From positions 13,961 through 77,960 of the forward strand of contig CAZGAK010000002.1 of NCBI GenBank assembly GCA_964523565.1: DNA of 64,000 nucleotides, written 5' to 3'. Shown here in pieces: positions 56,308 through 64,000 of this stretch (its first letter is position 1; every line of letters starts with the position of its first letter). The position numbers and the translations under genes were made by a program. Source of the stretch: an uncultured Syntrophaceae bacterium. Lineage in GTDB: Bacteria > Desulfobacterota > Syntrophia > Syntrophales > UBA6807. The notes under the pieces are model-generated. The model saw only the letters and a list, made by a program, of their open reading frames with translations, was not told the origin of the DNA and searched no databases.

Positions 56308-56421
56308 GTGACCTGCGGTGTGGAAAGAGGCTTATTAAATTTAAACAACCTTTTGCGTGTGTTAAGCCTCACTCTTGCCACATATTCATATTCATCGCCC
56401 GTTGCTCTTAGGAAAAAATGA
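56308..56421 (+). CDS. Leu-rich leader peptide (attenuator)
   Basis: SD GGAGG; MTCGVERGLLNLNNLLRVLSLTLATYSYSSPVALRKK*, 8 Leu codons within 15 residues; upstream of leuA. Confidence 0.7.
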   Translation: MTCGVERGLLNLNNLLRVLSLTLATYSYSSPVALRKK

Positions 56422-56463
56422 ACTGCTGACAACCTGTAAGATAGTACCTATAAGATAGTACCT

Positions 56464-56501
56464 AAAGGCCATGGGTGGAAGACTCATGGCCTTTTTGTTT
56501 T
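56464..56501 (+). terminator. Attenuator terminator before leuA
   Basis: AAAGGCCATGGGT-GGAAG-ACTCATGGCCTTT-TTGTTTT. Confidence 0.85.
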
Positions 56502-56532
56502 ACGAAACCATCAAATTTAAATGGAGGAAGAA

Positions 56533-58086
56533 ATGACGAAATCAAACAAAAAAAGAATCTTTATATTCGATACGACCCTCAGGGATGGGGAACAGTCGCC
56601 GGGTTTCAGTATGAATTTGGATGAAAAACTCAGATTTGCCAGGCAGTTGGAAAAGCTGGGGGTGGATATTATCGAAGCCGGATTCCCGGTCGCATCGGAG
56701 GGAGACTTTGCATCGGTTCAACAAATTGCCAGGGAGGTCAGAGGTTCTCAGATCGCCGCTCTTGCCAGGGCAGATCTTGCAGATATTGATCGGGCATGGG
56801 AAGCGATTAAAGATGCGGCTAATCCCAGGATTCACACATTTATATCTACCTCTGATATACATCTCAAATACCAGTTGAAAAAAACACGAACCCAGGTTCT
56901 GAAGGAGGCCCGTGCCACCGTGGAACATGCCTGCACCTATACAAAAAACGTAGAGTTTTCACCCATGGACGCAACAAGAACGGATAAAAGCTACCTCTGT
57001 GAAATTGTAGAGACTGTTATAGCTGCGGGTGCCAATACTGTTAACATACCTGATACTGTTGGCTACTCAATGCCTGACGAATTCGGTGAATTGATAGCGT
57101 ACCTCTTCGAAAACGTAAAAAATGTTAGTGATGCAGTCATATCGGTTCACTGCCATAATGACCTTGGTGTGGCGGTTGCAAACTCTTTATCCGCCCTGAA
57201 GCACGGGGCAAGACAGGTAGAGTGTACTATAAACGGCATAGGCGAGAGGGCAGGTAACGCCTCATTGGAAGAGATGGTTATGTCTCTGGAAACGAGGAAA
57301 GATATCTTCGGATTTCATACAAATATTAAGAAGAAGCATCTCTATCACTCGTCAAGACTGTTGACCGATATAACCGGCATACCTGTTCAGCCTAACAAGG
57401 CAATTGTGGGGGCAAATGCATTTGCCCATGCGTCGGGAATTCATCAAGACGGCCTTATTAAGGAGAAAATGACTTACGAGATTATGACCCCGCAATCAGT
57501 AGGGGTGTCAGAAACACATATTGTCCTGGGGAAACACTCAGGCCGCCATGCAATAAAAAAACATCTCGAAAAAATGGGATATACCAACCTTACTGATGAA
57601 AACATTGATAAGGCTTTTGAACGATTTAAAGAACTTGCTGATGTCAAAAAGGAGATATTTGATGAGGATATTGAAGCTATTATTTCTTATGATGTATTCA
57701 GGAAACCTGACAAATACAGGTTGATTTACCTGAATGTTGTTAGTGGCAATGTGGCTATTCCTACGGCAACCATCCAGATGGAGGTGGATGGAGAGGTAAT
57801 GCAGGATGCGGGTTTCGGGGTCGGTCCAGTCGATGCGACCTTTGCTGCTATCAGGAAAATCACAAAGACAGACTACTACCTCCTCAGATATGCGGTAAAC
57901 GCAATAACGGGAGGGGCAGATGCCCAGGGTGTGGTTACCGTCCAGCTCAAATATAATGGGCGCACCGTCGTGGGGCGCGGCGCAGATCCAGATATCATTG
58001 TAGCATCTGCAAAGGCTTACATAAATACGTTAAACAGAGTTGAGTCGTTGAGAGTATATAACGGCAAATATGTTGAACTTAAGTAA
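56533..58086 (+). CDS. leuA: 2-isopropylmalate synthase
   Basis: IFDTTLRDGEQSPG, IEAGFP, SVHCHNDLG, GIGERAGNA, AHASGIHQDG, LGKHSGRHA, G-GPVDA. Confidence 0.97.
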   Translation: MTKSNKKRIFIFDTTLRDGEQSPGFSMNLDEKLRFARQLEKLGVDIIEAGFPVASEGDFASVQQIAREVRGSQIAALARADLADIDRAWEAIKDAANPRIHTFISTSDIHLKYQLKKTRTQVLKEARATVEHACTYTKNVEFSPMDATRTDKSYLCEIVETVIAAGANTVNIPDTVGYSMPDEFGELIAYLFENVKNVSDAVISVHCHNDLGVAVANSLSALKHGARQVECTINGIGERAGNASLEEMVMSLETRKDIFGFHTNIKKKHLYHSSRLLTDITGIPVQPNKAIVGANAFAHASGIHQDGLIKEKMTYEIMTPQSVGVSETHIVLGKHSGRHAIKKHLEKMGYTNLTDENIDKAFERFKELADVKKEIFDEDIEAIISYDVFRKPDKYRLIYLNVVSGNVAIPTATIQMEVDGEVMQDAGFGVGPVDATFAAIRKITKTDYYLLRYAVNAITGGADAQGVVTVQLKYNGRTVVGRGADPDIIVASAKAYINTLNRVESLRVYNGKYVELK

Positions 58087-58101
58087 AAAAGAGGATCAGA
58101 C

Positions 58102-59361
58102 ATGCCAATGACGATTACAGAAAAGATATTAGCGCTCCATGCCGGAATGGAAAAGGTCTCTCCTGGAGACTTGATCGAGGCAAAAGTTGACATGGCCCTT
58201 GCCAATGACATAACAGCCCCCATTGCGATCAAGGTCTTCAATGATATAGGCACCGGAGATGTCTTTGACAGAGAAAAGATCGCCCTTGTAGCCGACCATT
58301 TTGTGCCAAACAAAGATATCCCATCGGCCCAGCAGGTAAAGCTGATGCGTGACTTTGCCAGACAACAGGGGATAAAAAACTATTTCGAGGGGGGCGAATC
58401 AGGGATTGAACATGTCATACTCCCTGAGAAGGGGCTTGTTTTGCCCGGGCAACTGATTGTCGGGGCTGACAGCCATACGTGCACTTATGGGGCTTTGGGT
58501 GCATTTTCTACAGGGGTCGGGAGCACCGATCTGGGCGTGGTAATGGCGACGGGTGAAATATGGCTAAAAGTCCCGCCAATTATCAGAATAGAATATGACG
58601 GCAGTCTGCAGGCCGGTGTAAGGGGAAAAGATTTAATCCTTTATGCCATTGGCCTGCTGGGTGTGGAAGGTGCCCTTTATTGTGCGTTAGAGTTCTCAGG
58701 CGAAGTAATCAAAAGACTCCCAATGTCTCAGAGATTCACGATGGCCAATATGGCCGTGGAGGCTGGAGCGAAATCTGGAATCATAGAACCGGATGAAACA
58801 ACACTGGCCTATGTTGCCGAAAGATCCTCTTCAGAACCCTTGATCTTAAAAGGGGACCCGGACGCAAAGTATGAAAAAGTAATGAAGATAGCTGTGGATA
58901 AAATTGAGCCGCAGGTCGCCTTTCCTCCTTCCCCCGCAAACGTCCGTCCCATCTCGGAGGCAGGAGATGTCCCGCTTGACCAGGTCTTCATCGGCTCTTG
59001 CACAAACGGCTGGCTGGAGGATTTACGTGACGCGGCAGGTATCTTAAAAGGAAGAACTATTGCCCCCGGTTTGAGGCTTATAATTATTCCGGGTTCACCC
59101 TGGATATACAGGAAGGCGATACAGGAGGGAATTATTGAAACATTCCTCGATGCGGGCGCCGTGATCGGCCCCCCCTGCTGCGGTCCCTGCCTGGGAGGAC
59201 ATATGGGTATCCTGGCTGAAGGGGAGCGGGCAATATCTACAACCAACAGAAATTTTATAGGAAGGATGGGACACCCGAAGAGCGAAGTTTATCTGTCCAA
59301 TCCCCTGGTAGCGGCGGCATCCGCCGTTCTGGGAAAGATTGGCGGCGTTGATGAGCTATAA
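58102..59361 (+). CDS. leuC: 3-isopropylmalate dehydratase large subunit
   Basis: MTITEKIL, ADHFVP, GIEHV, GADSHTCTYGA, FIGSCTNG, CGPCLGGHMG, STTNRNFIGRMG. Confidence 0.95.
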   Translation: MPMTITEKILALHAGMEKVSPGDLIEAKVDMALANDITAPIAIKVFNDIGTGDVFDREKIALVADHFVPNKDIPSAQQVKLMRDFARQQGIKNYFEGGESGIEHVILPEKGLVLPGQLIVGADSHTCTYGALGAFSTGVGSTDLGVVMATGEIWLKVPPIIRIEYDGSLQAGVRGKDLILYAIGLLGVEGALYCALEFSGEVIKRLPMSQRFTMANMAVEAGAKSGIIEPDETTLAYVAERSSSEPLILKGDPDAKYEKVMKIAVDKIEPQVAFPPSPANVRPISEAGDVPLDQVFIGSCTNGWLEDLRDAAGILKGRTIAPGLRLIIIPGSPWIYRKAIQEGIIETFLDAGAVIGPPCCGPCLGGHMGILAEGERAISTTNRNFIGRMGHPKSEVYLSNPLVAAASAVLGKIGGVDEL

Positions 59362-59362
59362 A

Positions 59363-59405
59363 AATCCCCCCATCCCCCCTTTATAAAAGGGGGGATGGGG
59401 GGATT
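59363..59405. repeat. Perfect 20-bp hairpin REP-like element
   Basis: AATCCCCCCATCCCCCCTTT-ATA-AAAGGGGGGATGGGGGGATT; a second REP-like CCCTCTCCCTCGATGGGAGGGG lies at ~59486-59521. Confidence 0.75.
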
Positions 59406-59528
59406 AATAATTGCAGCCATGAAGGCAAATAAACATCCGGTCGGGTACAAAACCCGACCCTGCTAAGGGCTGGTGTATTGAATCTCCCTCTCCCTCGATG
59501 GGAGGGGGCTGGGGTGAGGGTAAATAAA

Positions 59529-60020
59529 ATGAATTTTCAAGGAAAAGTCTGGAAGTTTGGCAATGACATTGATACTGACCTGATAATTCCGGCAAGGTAT
59601 CTCAATATCTCGGATGGATCTGAGCTGGCGAAGAGCTGTTTTATCGATGTCAGGCCGGATTTTGCCGCGTCTGTCTCCTCCGGCGACATCCTGATTGCGG
59701 GAAGGAACTTCGGCTGCGGTTCATCACGTGAGCATGCCCCGCTTGCCATCAAAGAGGCCGGTATCAGCATGATTATCGCCAAAAGCTTTGCAAGAATATT
59801 TTACCGGAACGCATTTAACATAGGTCTGCCGCTTCTTGAATCGGAAGAGGCAACCGAAGGCTTATCGGAAGGAGAGGAGATCGCCGTCGATCTTGCGACT
59901 GGTAAAATTAAAAGCATCGGCAGCGGAAAAACGTTTTCAGCACACCCGATCCCGGATTTTATGAGAGAACTGATAAATGCGGGTGGATTGGTGAACTATA
60001 CCAAAAAGGTAAAAATATGA
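59529..60020 (+). CDS. leuD: 3-isopropylmalate dehydratase small subunit
   Basis: GKVWKFGNDIDTDLIIP, GRNFGCGSSREHAP, SFARIFYRNAFNIGLP, AGGL. Confidence 0.95.
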   Translation: MNFQGKVWKFGNDIDTDLIIPARYLNISDGSELAKSCFIDVRPDFAASVSSGDILIAGRNFGCGSSREHAPLAIKEAGISMIIAKSFARIFYRNAFNIGLPLLESEEATEGLSEGEEIAVDLATGKIKSIGSGKTFSAHPIPDFMRELINAGGLVNYTKKVKI

Positions 60021-60110
60021 CATCGGTGTAATACCCGGAGATGGATGCCATTTTCCTGGGGGCAATCGGCCATCCAAAGGTCAACCCGGGAAGTATAAGA
60101 AAAACGGCCT
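60013..60110 (+). pseudogene. leuB: Deleted/frameshifted 3-isopropylmalate dehydrogenase remnant
   Basis: KYDIGVIPGDG joined out of frame to DAIFLGAIGHPKVNPG, directly after leuD. Confidence 0.65.
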
Positions 60111-60347
60111 TGTGAGTCAATGGAATAATGACCACAACATATGGTATGGGCCGCCGATGATCATGGAGGGAATGTGTCCGGGTACCCAACTTATCGGGAG
60201 AGCGATCCGCTTTTCGACCGTTTCATTCGTCACGATGGCATTTTCAGGCATAATTCGAGCAGACCTCTCATCATTAATTCGGGAGACAGAAGACAGTATA
60301 CTTATTAGCGGCTCATTATCAAACAGGAAAGATGAGAAATAAGTATG

Positions 60348-61148
60348 GTGTCCGTATGCAGTAACAACTGTTTGATCTTACGGGTTAAAGTCCCGTCCGG
60401 GGAATTGTCCGATTCACCCCGGTAGTTCAAGGAAGCGGCGTCTTGGTGACAAGGGGTCGTAAGTTTCCAATTGGCAAAGCAGCAGGCCGTAACGCAAGTG
60501 AACCTACAGGTAGCCTCGATAAACTTTAATGAAGATGCCGACCCAGTGGACACATGGGGAAGGCCGAAGACACGGACTTGGAGAACGGAAGCGGTTCGTG
60601 GGATCTTCCGGGGTAGCAGGGGCGGCATGTTGTGGAAGACAAACAGTCCAGTGCTGGAGACCCGATATGGTGATTATGAGGGATGACAACTGGCGCGTAT
60701 AAGGCAACGAAATCGCGGCGGGCTGTATCGGGAGTCGGAGGGGTTCATAGTACCGTTTGAGGGCATGGGACAACATAACCCTGCCCGAGGGAAGGGACCC
60801 TACTTTGTTCATGCAACCGAAACGGAGAGGGTGATGAAGATTGCCGAATGGCTATTCACTTCGTAATATCACCAGGATACGATGGAGGAAGCTCTATTGT
60901 AAGGCCAAGTAGGAAATGCTGGTACTCGGCGGGTCTCCTCAACCCACTTAATGCCGGGGTACAGCGAGTGCTATGTATGCCTTGCGATGAAGAACATCGG
61001 AAAGCCGTGTGCGAGAAAATCGCATGCACGGTTTGATGAGGGAGGATTGGCAAGTCAACCATGTCGTAGCTATTTAGGCACCGCCAGACGAAAGGGGCGG
61101 AAACAGACAAGCTCGCCTAAAGCAGACAATGCTAGTTTTCTACTCTAC
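60348..61148 (+). mobile_element. Group II intron with internally deleted RT/maturase ORF
   Basis: 5' GTGTCCG..GGGTTAAAGTCCCG; domain V AAGCCGTGTGCGAGAAAATCGCATGCACGGTTT; domain VI GATGAGGGAGG...CTACTCTAC; ORF remnant RKLYCKAK at 60886-60909. Confidence 0.85.
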
Positions 61149-61223
61149 CCCGAATTTTGCCCCGAATTTTGATTGCCATTTCCATGATCGATCTCCTTTC
61201 TTCTGGCTTCTATTTTTTATACT

Positions 61224-61548
61224 TTACCGAAGTGCCGCCACATTTTGAGCGACTGATCCCTTCTCGTTGTAAATACTCGATCCGGCAATCAGCACCGTTG
61301 CACCGGCATCTACAACGAAAGGTACATCAAGTGTCCAGTGGCCCGCCGAAAGAATAAAGCGATCACGATCTACCCATAGAGGATCTTCAGGGTTGTTGCT
61401 TGAGATGCTTTGTCCATAGCACACAGGCCATTGCCGCGACCCCCATTGGCATGCAGGAATGGCCTGGGTTGGCTTTCTGAACCGCATCAGCCGCCAGAAA
61501 TCGGATGGTATTGATACATTGCTGATCAAGCGACACTTGCTCACTCAT
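61224..61548 (-). pseudogene. Fusion remnant: transketolase 5' end + ribulose-phosphate 3-epimerase 3' end
   Basis: [30 protein letters not shown].., [19 protein letters not shown] joined to AGATVLIAGSSIY..AALR*. Confidence 0.8.
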
Positions 61549-62558
61549 TACGGCTCCTCCTTTATACTACCCTGAGATATTTCCAGACCGTGGAACGCAG
61601 CGCCAATAAGCGCTATCTTAGGGTTGGTAATAACATGCACAGGTATACGGGATACCAACCCGGAAAAACGCCCTTTCCGGGTAAAACTCTCCATAAAATG
61701 TCTATCCTCAAGTATCGAGATGATGCGCGGCGGGATACCACCGCCAAGGTACACTCCCCCGGTTGCCATTACCTTGAGCGCCAAATTTCCAGACTCCGCT
61801 CCGAGGGCGGACACGAAGATACTAAGTGTAACCTTACAAAGTTCACATGGCTGCTCCGTGTCAAGTGCTGCGTTTACGATAAAGGGAGTTGGATCATCTG
61901 CTACAGCCAGCTTTCCAGCCAGCCAGGCCGGCTCCTCAGCGTAACCGCTATCCTTGAGATATCCATACACGTTTGGCAAGCCGTGGCCAGAGCATATACT
62001 CTCATAGCTCACATGCTCCATCTTTTCTTGAAGATACCGTAATAATTCAATCTCCAACGAACTATTGGGCGCAAAATCAGCATGTCCACCCTCTGAAGAA
62101 TATGCCCGGTAACGAAATCCATCCCATATGAGAAATGCCTCCCCGAGACCGGTACCGGGAGCAACGACGGCCAGAGGGCCATTGAGAATCGGTACTCCTT
62201 CATTAAGGGTGCGTAAATCTTCAGATTCAAGCAGAGGCACACCATAAGCAATGGCCTTTAGATCGTTAAACAGGCTCACAGATTTCAGGTTCAGCGTCTC
62301 TCTGAGCTTTGCTTCGTCAATTACCCAGGGTAAGTTAGTAATTTTTGCCTTGGATCCCACAACAGGACCGGCTACCCCGAAGCTCGCACGATCGATCTCT
62401 ATGGTAACCTCCGACAGGAACTCACTCACAAGTGTTTCAAGACTGGCATACTTCCCACTGGGAAAAGTGGTTTCGAAGATCGGTTCTCGAGGTCCCTTCT
62501 CAGTCGAGTAGATGCCTAAGTTAGTCTTAGTTCCGCCAATATCACCGGCCAGCAGCAT
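61548..62558 (-). CDS. glk: Glucokinase
   Basis: [48 protein letters not shown]. Confidence 0.95.
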   Translation of the reverse strand: MLLAGDIGGTKTNLGIYSTEKGPREPIFETTFPSGKYASLETLVSEFLSEVTIEIDRASFGVAGPVVGSKAKITNLPWVIDEAKLRETLNLKSVSLFNDLKAIAYGVPLLESEDLRTLNEGVPILNGPLAVVAPGTGLGEAFLIWDGFRYRAYSSEGGHADFAPNSSLEIELLRYLQEKMEHVSYESICSGHGLPNVYGYLKDSGYAEEPAWLAGKLAVADDPTPFIVNAALDTEQPCELCKVTLSIFVSALGAESGNLALKVMATGGVYLGGGIPPRIISILEDRHFMESFTRKGRFSGLVSRIPVHVITNPKIALIGAAFHGLEISQGSIKEEP

Positions 62559-62609
62559 GGTTTCCTTCTTAATAAGTTTTTATTCTTTCACAAAACCCCG
62601 GGCCTGAAC

Positions 62610-62777
62610 TCAGGTCTCAATAGTCCCGCCTCATGTGAATCCCGCACCCGCGGTACATGTATAACAGTGATCGGCTGTGGCAATGGGGCTCCCCTGCTCA
62701 GGAGGCCCGGGCATTTCAGAAACGTGTCTTTTTCTCCCACCCATGAAAATGCCTTCCGGTAACTGCATAGCATTCAC
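62610..62777 (-). pseudogene. C-terminal remnant of an ArsS-like radical SAM selenoprotein (DUF3641 end)
   Basis: ..PIATADHCYTCTAGAGFT-TGA(62631-62633)-GGTIET*; hairpin CCTG-AGTT-CAGG 16 nt after the UGA; no radical SAM core present. Confidence 0.75.
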
Positions 62778-62797
62778 TCTTTTCCTATATGGTTTCT

Positions 62798-63125
62798 TTA
62801 CATGGACAATTTTTGAGCTATGTTGCGCATTTGAACCCCATGCACGAGCGAGGCACCCCCTCTTATGGCGGTTACAACATGGATAGCCTCAGTCATCTCT
62901 CCCATGTTGGAACCTTTTTCCAGACACGCCCAAGGCATCGATGCAGTAAGGACATTGGACTGTGTGGGCCACAGCAAGAGCTATAAGGGCTTTTTCTCGC
63001 TCGGTGAGTTCGCCTTCAGCGAATACGGTGTTGTAGTAATCAAAGAATTTCTTTCCTAAATCAGGGGCTTCTCTACCAATTTCTTCAAATTTCAGAAGAT
63101 CTTCCGGTTTATAATAGGTCTCCAT
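62798..63125 (-). pseudogene. AhpD/CMD-like peroxidase (ArsS-associated type), frameshifted
   Basis: LTEREKALIALAVAHTVQCPYCIDA, then a frameshift near 62930; the other frame gives CLEKGSNMGEMTEAIHV..IRGGASLVHGVQM..KLSM*. Confidence 0.8.
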
Positions 63126-63300
63126 AAAATCCTCCATCGAAATAATTGAATGTTAAATGGACATAATTACCTTTATTTTAATTAAATATTTAGAGTGCTC
63201 CTCCCCTTTTCATTTTTTGTAAGGACTTGCTTTTTATATGGGAAAGTAATCTATAACATTGAGGCAGCCGGCCACAAGGTAATAGGACATCGACCTCCCA

Positions 63301-63385
63301 AGGCAAATAGCTCTTCAGATCTAATTATTTGTTCTTTCGAAGAAAATGAAGCCTATAGCGCGTTACGATTGAGAGCTATTTGCCT
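63301..63385. repeat. 14-bp perfect inverted repeat around 57 nt
   Basis: AGGCAAATAGCTCT / AGAGCTATTTGCCT. Confidence 0.5.
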
Positions 63386-63417
63386 ATCCGGGAATAAGCA
63401 AACCCTTGTTCCTTCAG

Positions 63418-64000
63418 TTATTCTAATTTTTGTAATTCCCTGACAATATCCTCCAGAGGCGGCCGTCTGTTGATATCGTGGACGTCAAGATACCGAATGA
63501 TCCCCTTTTTATCGATGATAAAAAGGGCCCGCTCCGTCGTACCATTGGAACGTAATATACCGAGTTTGCTCGCAAGTGCACCATGGGGCCAGAAATCGGA
63601 AAGGACGGAAAACCATAGTTTTCCCATCTGATTCGTCCATGCAAATAAAGTAGGAATATTATCTGCCGAAATTCCAAGGAGGATGGCATCGTATTTGTCG
63701 AAAATCGGCCTTGCGATATTATAGCCGGGCCATTGATCCGAACAGACGGGGGTCCAGGCTGCCGGAATGAATGAAAGGACCACGTTCTTCTTTCCACGGA
63801 ACTGGCTCAGAGTGACGTTCCCTCCCTGCACAGACGGAAGAGAAAAGTCGGGAGCCCTGTCGCCGACCTTCACTTTAAGAACACTGTCTGTCGGTTTCAA
63901 CATTCCGGGATCATAAATATTGTTTTTATATACTTCTGACAGGCCCAATGCACTTCCGGCCACGAGAAATACCGACAGGATTACTATTGATAAATTTACA
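63418..64000 (-). CDS. Exported peroxiredoxin (AhpC/TSA family), 5' end outside window
   Basis: VGDRAPDFSL, FIPAAWTPVCSDQ, LSDFWPHG, ERALFIIDKKGIIRY; frame stays open to the window edge through a hydrophobic segment. Confidence 0.88.
   Translation of the reverse strand, partial: VNLSIVILSVFLVAGSALGLSEVYKNNIYDPGMLKPTDSVLKVKVGDRAPDFSLPSVQGGNVTLSQFRGKKNVVLSFIPAAWTPVCSDQWPGYNIARPIFDKYDAILLGISADNIPTLFAWTNQMGKLWFSVLSDFWPHGALASKLGILRSNGTTERALFIIDKKGIIRYLDVHDINRRPPLEDIVRELQKLE

Noticed and set aside
59478-59528. N-terminal extension of leuD
   Set aside because: It is derived from a REP-like hairpin; the real start is ATG 59529.
60119-60347. 75-codon open frame on the minus strand as the 3' exon of a gene split by the intron
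   Set aside because: Joining at my intron boundaries gives an early stop, and the peptide is unrecognisable.
130-63797. Numerous 60-215 aa track ORFs antisense to or nested in identified genes (e.g. 2457..2849, 13284..13805, 45175..45822, 58809..59246)
   Set aside because: They are shadow ORFs overlapping well-supported genes, with no motifs or SD.
1-64000. CRISPR array, cas genes, rRNA, prophage structural genes
   Set aside because: No regularly spaced repeat-spacer array or recognisable motifs were found.

Overview
Chromosomal segment of an anaerobic deltaproteobacterium-like organism (Desulfobacterota/Syntrophales-like gene content; inferred, not searched). In order: (1) 1-6.7 kb, a cluster of exported proteins including two clan-CD cysteine-protease-like enzymes that share a twin C-terminal repeat; (2) tRNA-Leu(CAG), ribF and nfi; (3) a long minus-strand corrinoid uptake/salvage region (btuC/D, btuB, cobO, cobU/T/S/C, btuF, exbBD-tonB) with two cobalamin riboswitches, split by a ~10.5 kb defence island (radC, RelE/XRE toxin-antitoxin pair, two YhcG/DUF1016 genes plus two remnants, type III Mod/Res); (4) immediately upstream, a marR-hgcA-hgcB mercury-methylation operon followed by a HesB-like selenoprotein, cutA, a DUF318/HMA permease and a ferredoxin. 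HgcA has an in-frame UGA and a SECIS-like hairpin in an unannotated N-terminal extension, so it is a candidate selenoprotein; (5) a RAYT-like HUH transposase; (6) a type II FAS/PKS-like lipid cluster with a B12-dependent radical SAM enzyme and a divergent MMPL operon; (7) tandem NrdR-like boxes, a Leu attenuator with leuACD, and a decayed zone (cimA, leuB, ORF-less group II intron, tkt/rpe fusion, arsS-like Sec remnant, peroxidase pseudogene). Many REP/MITE elements are present. No CRISPR array or rRNA was seen. All calls come from motif recognition by eye; no database searches were run.
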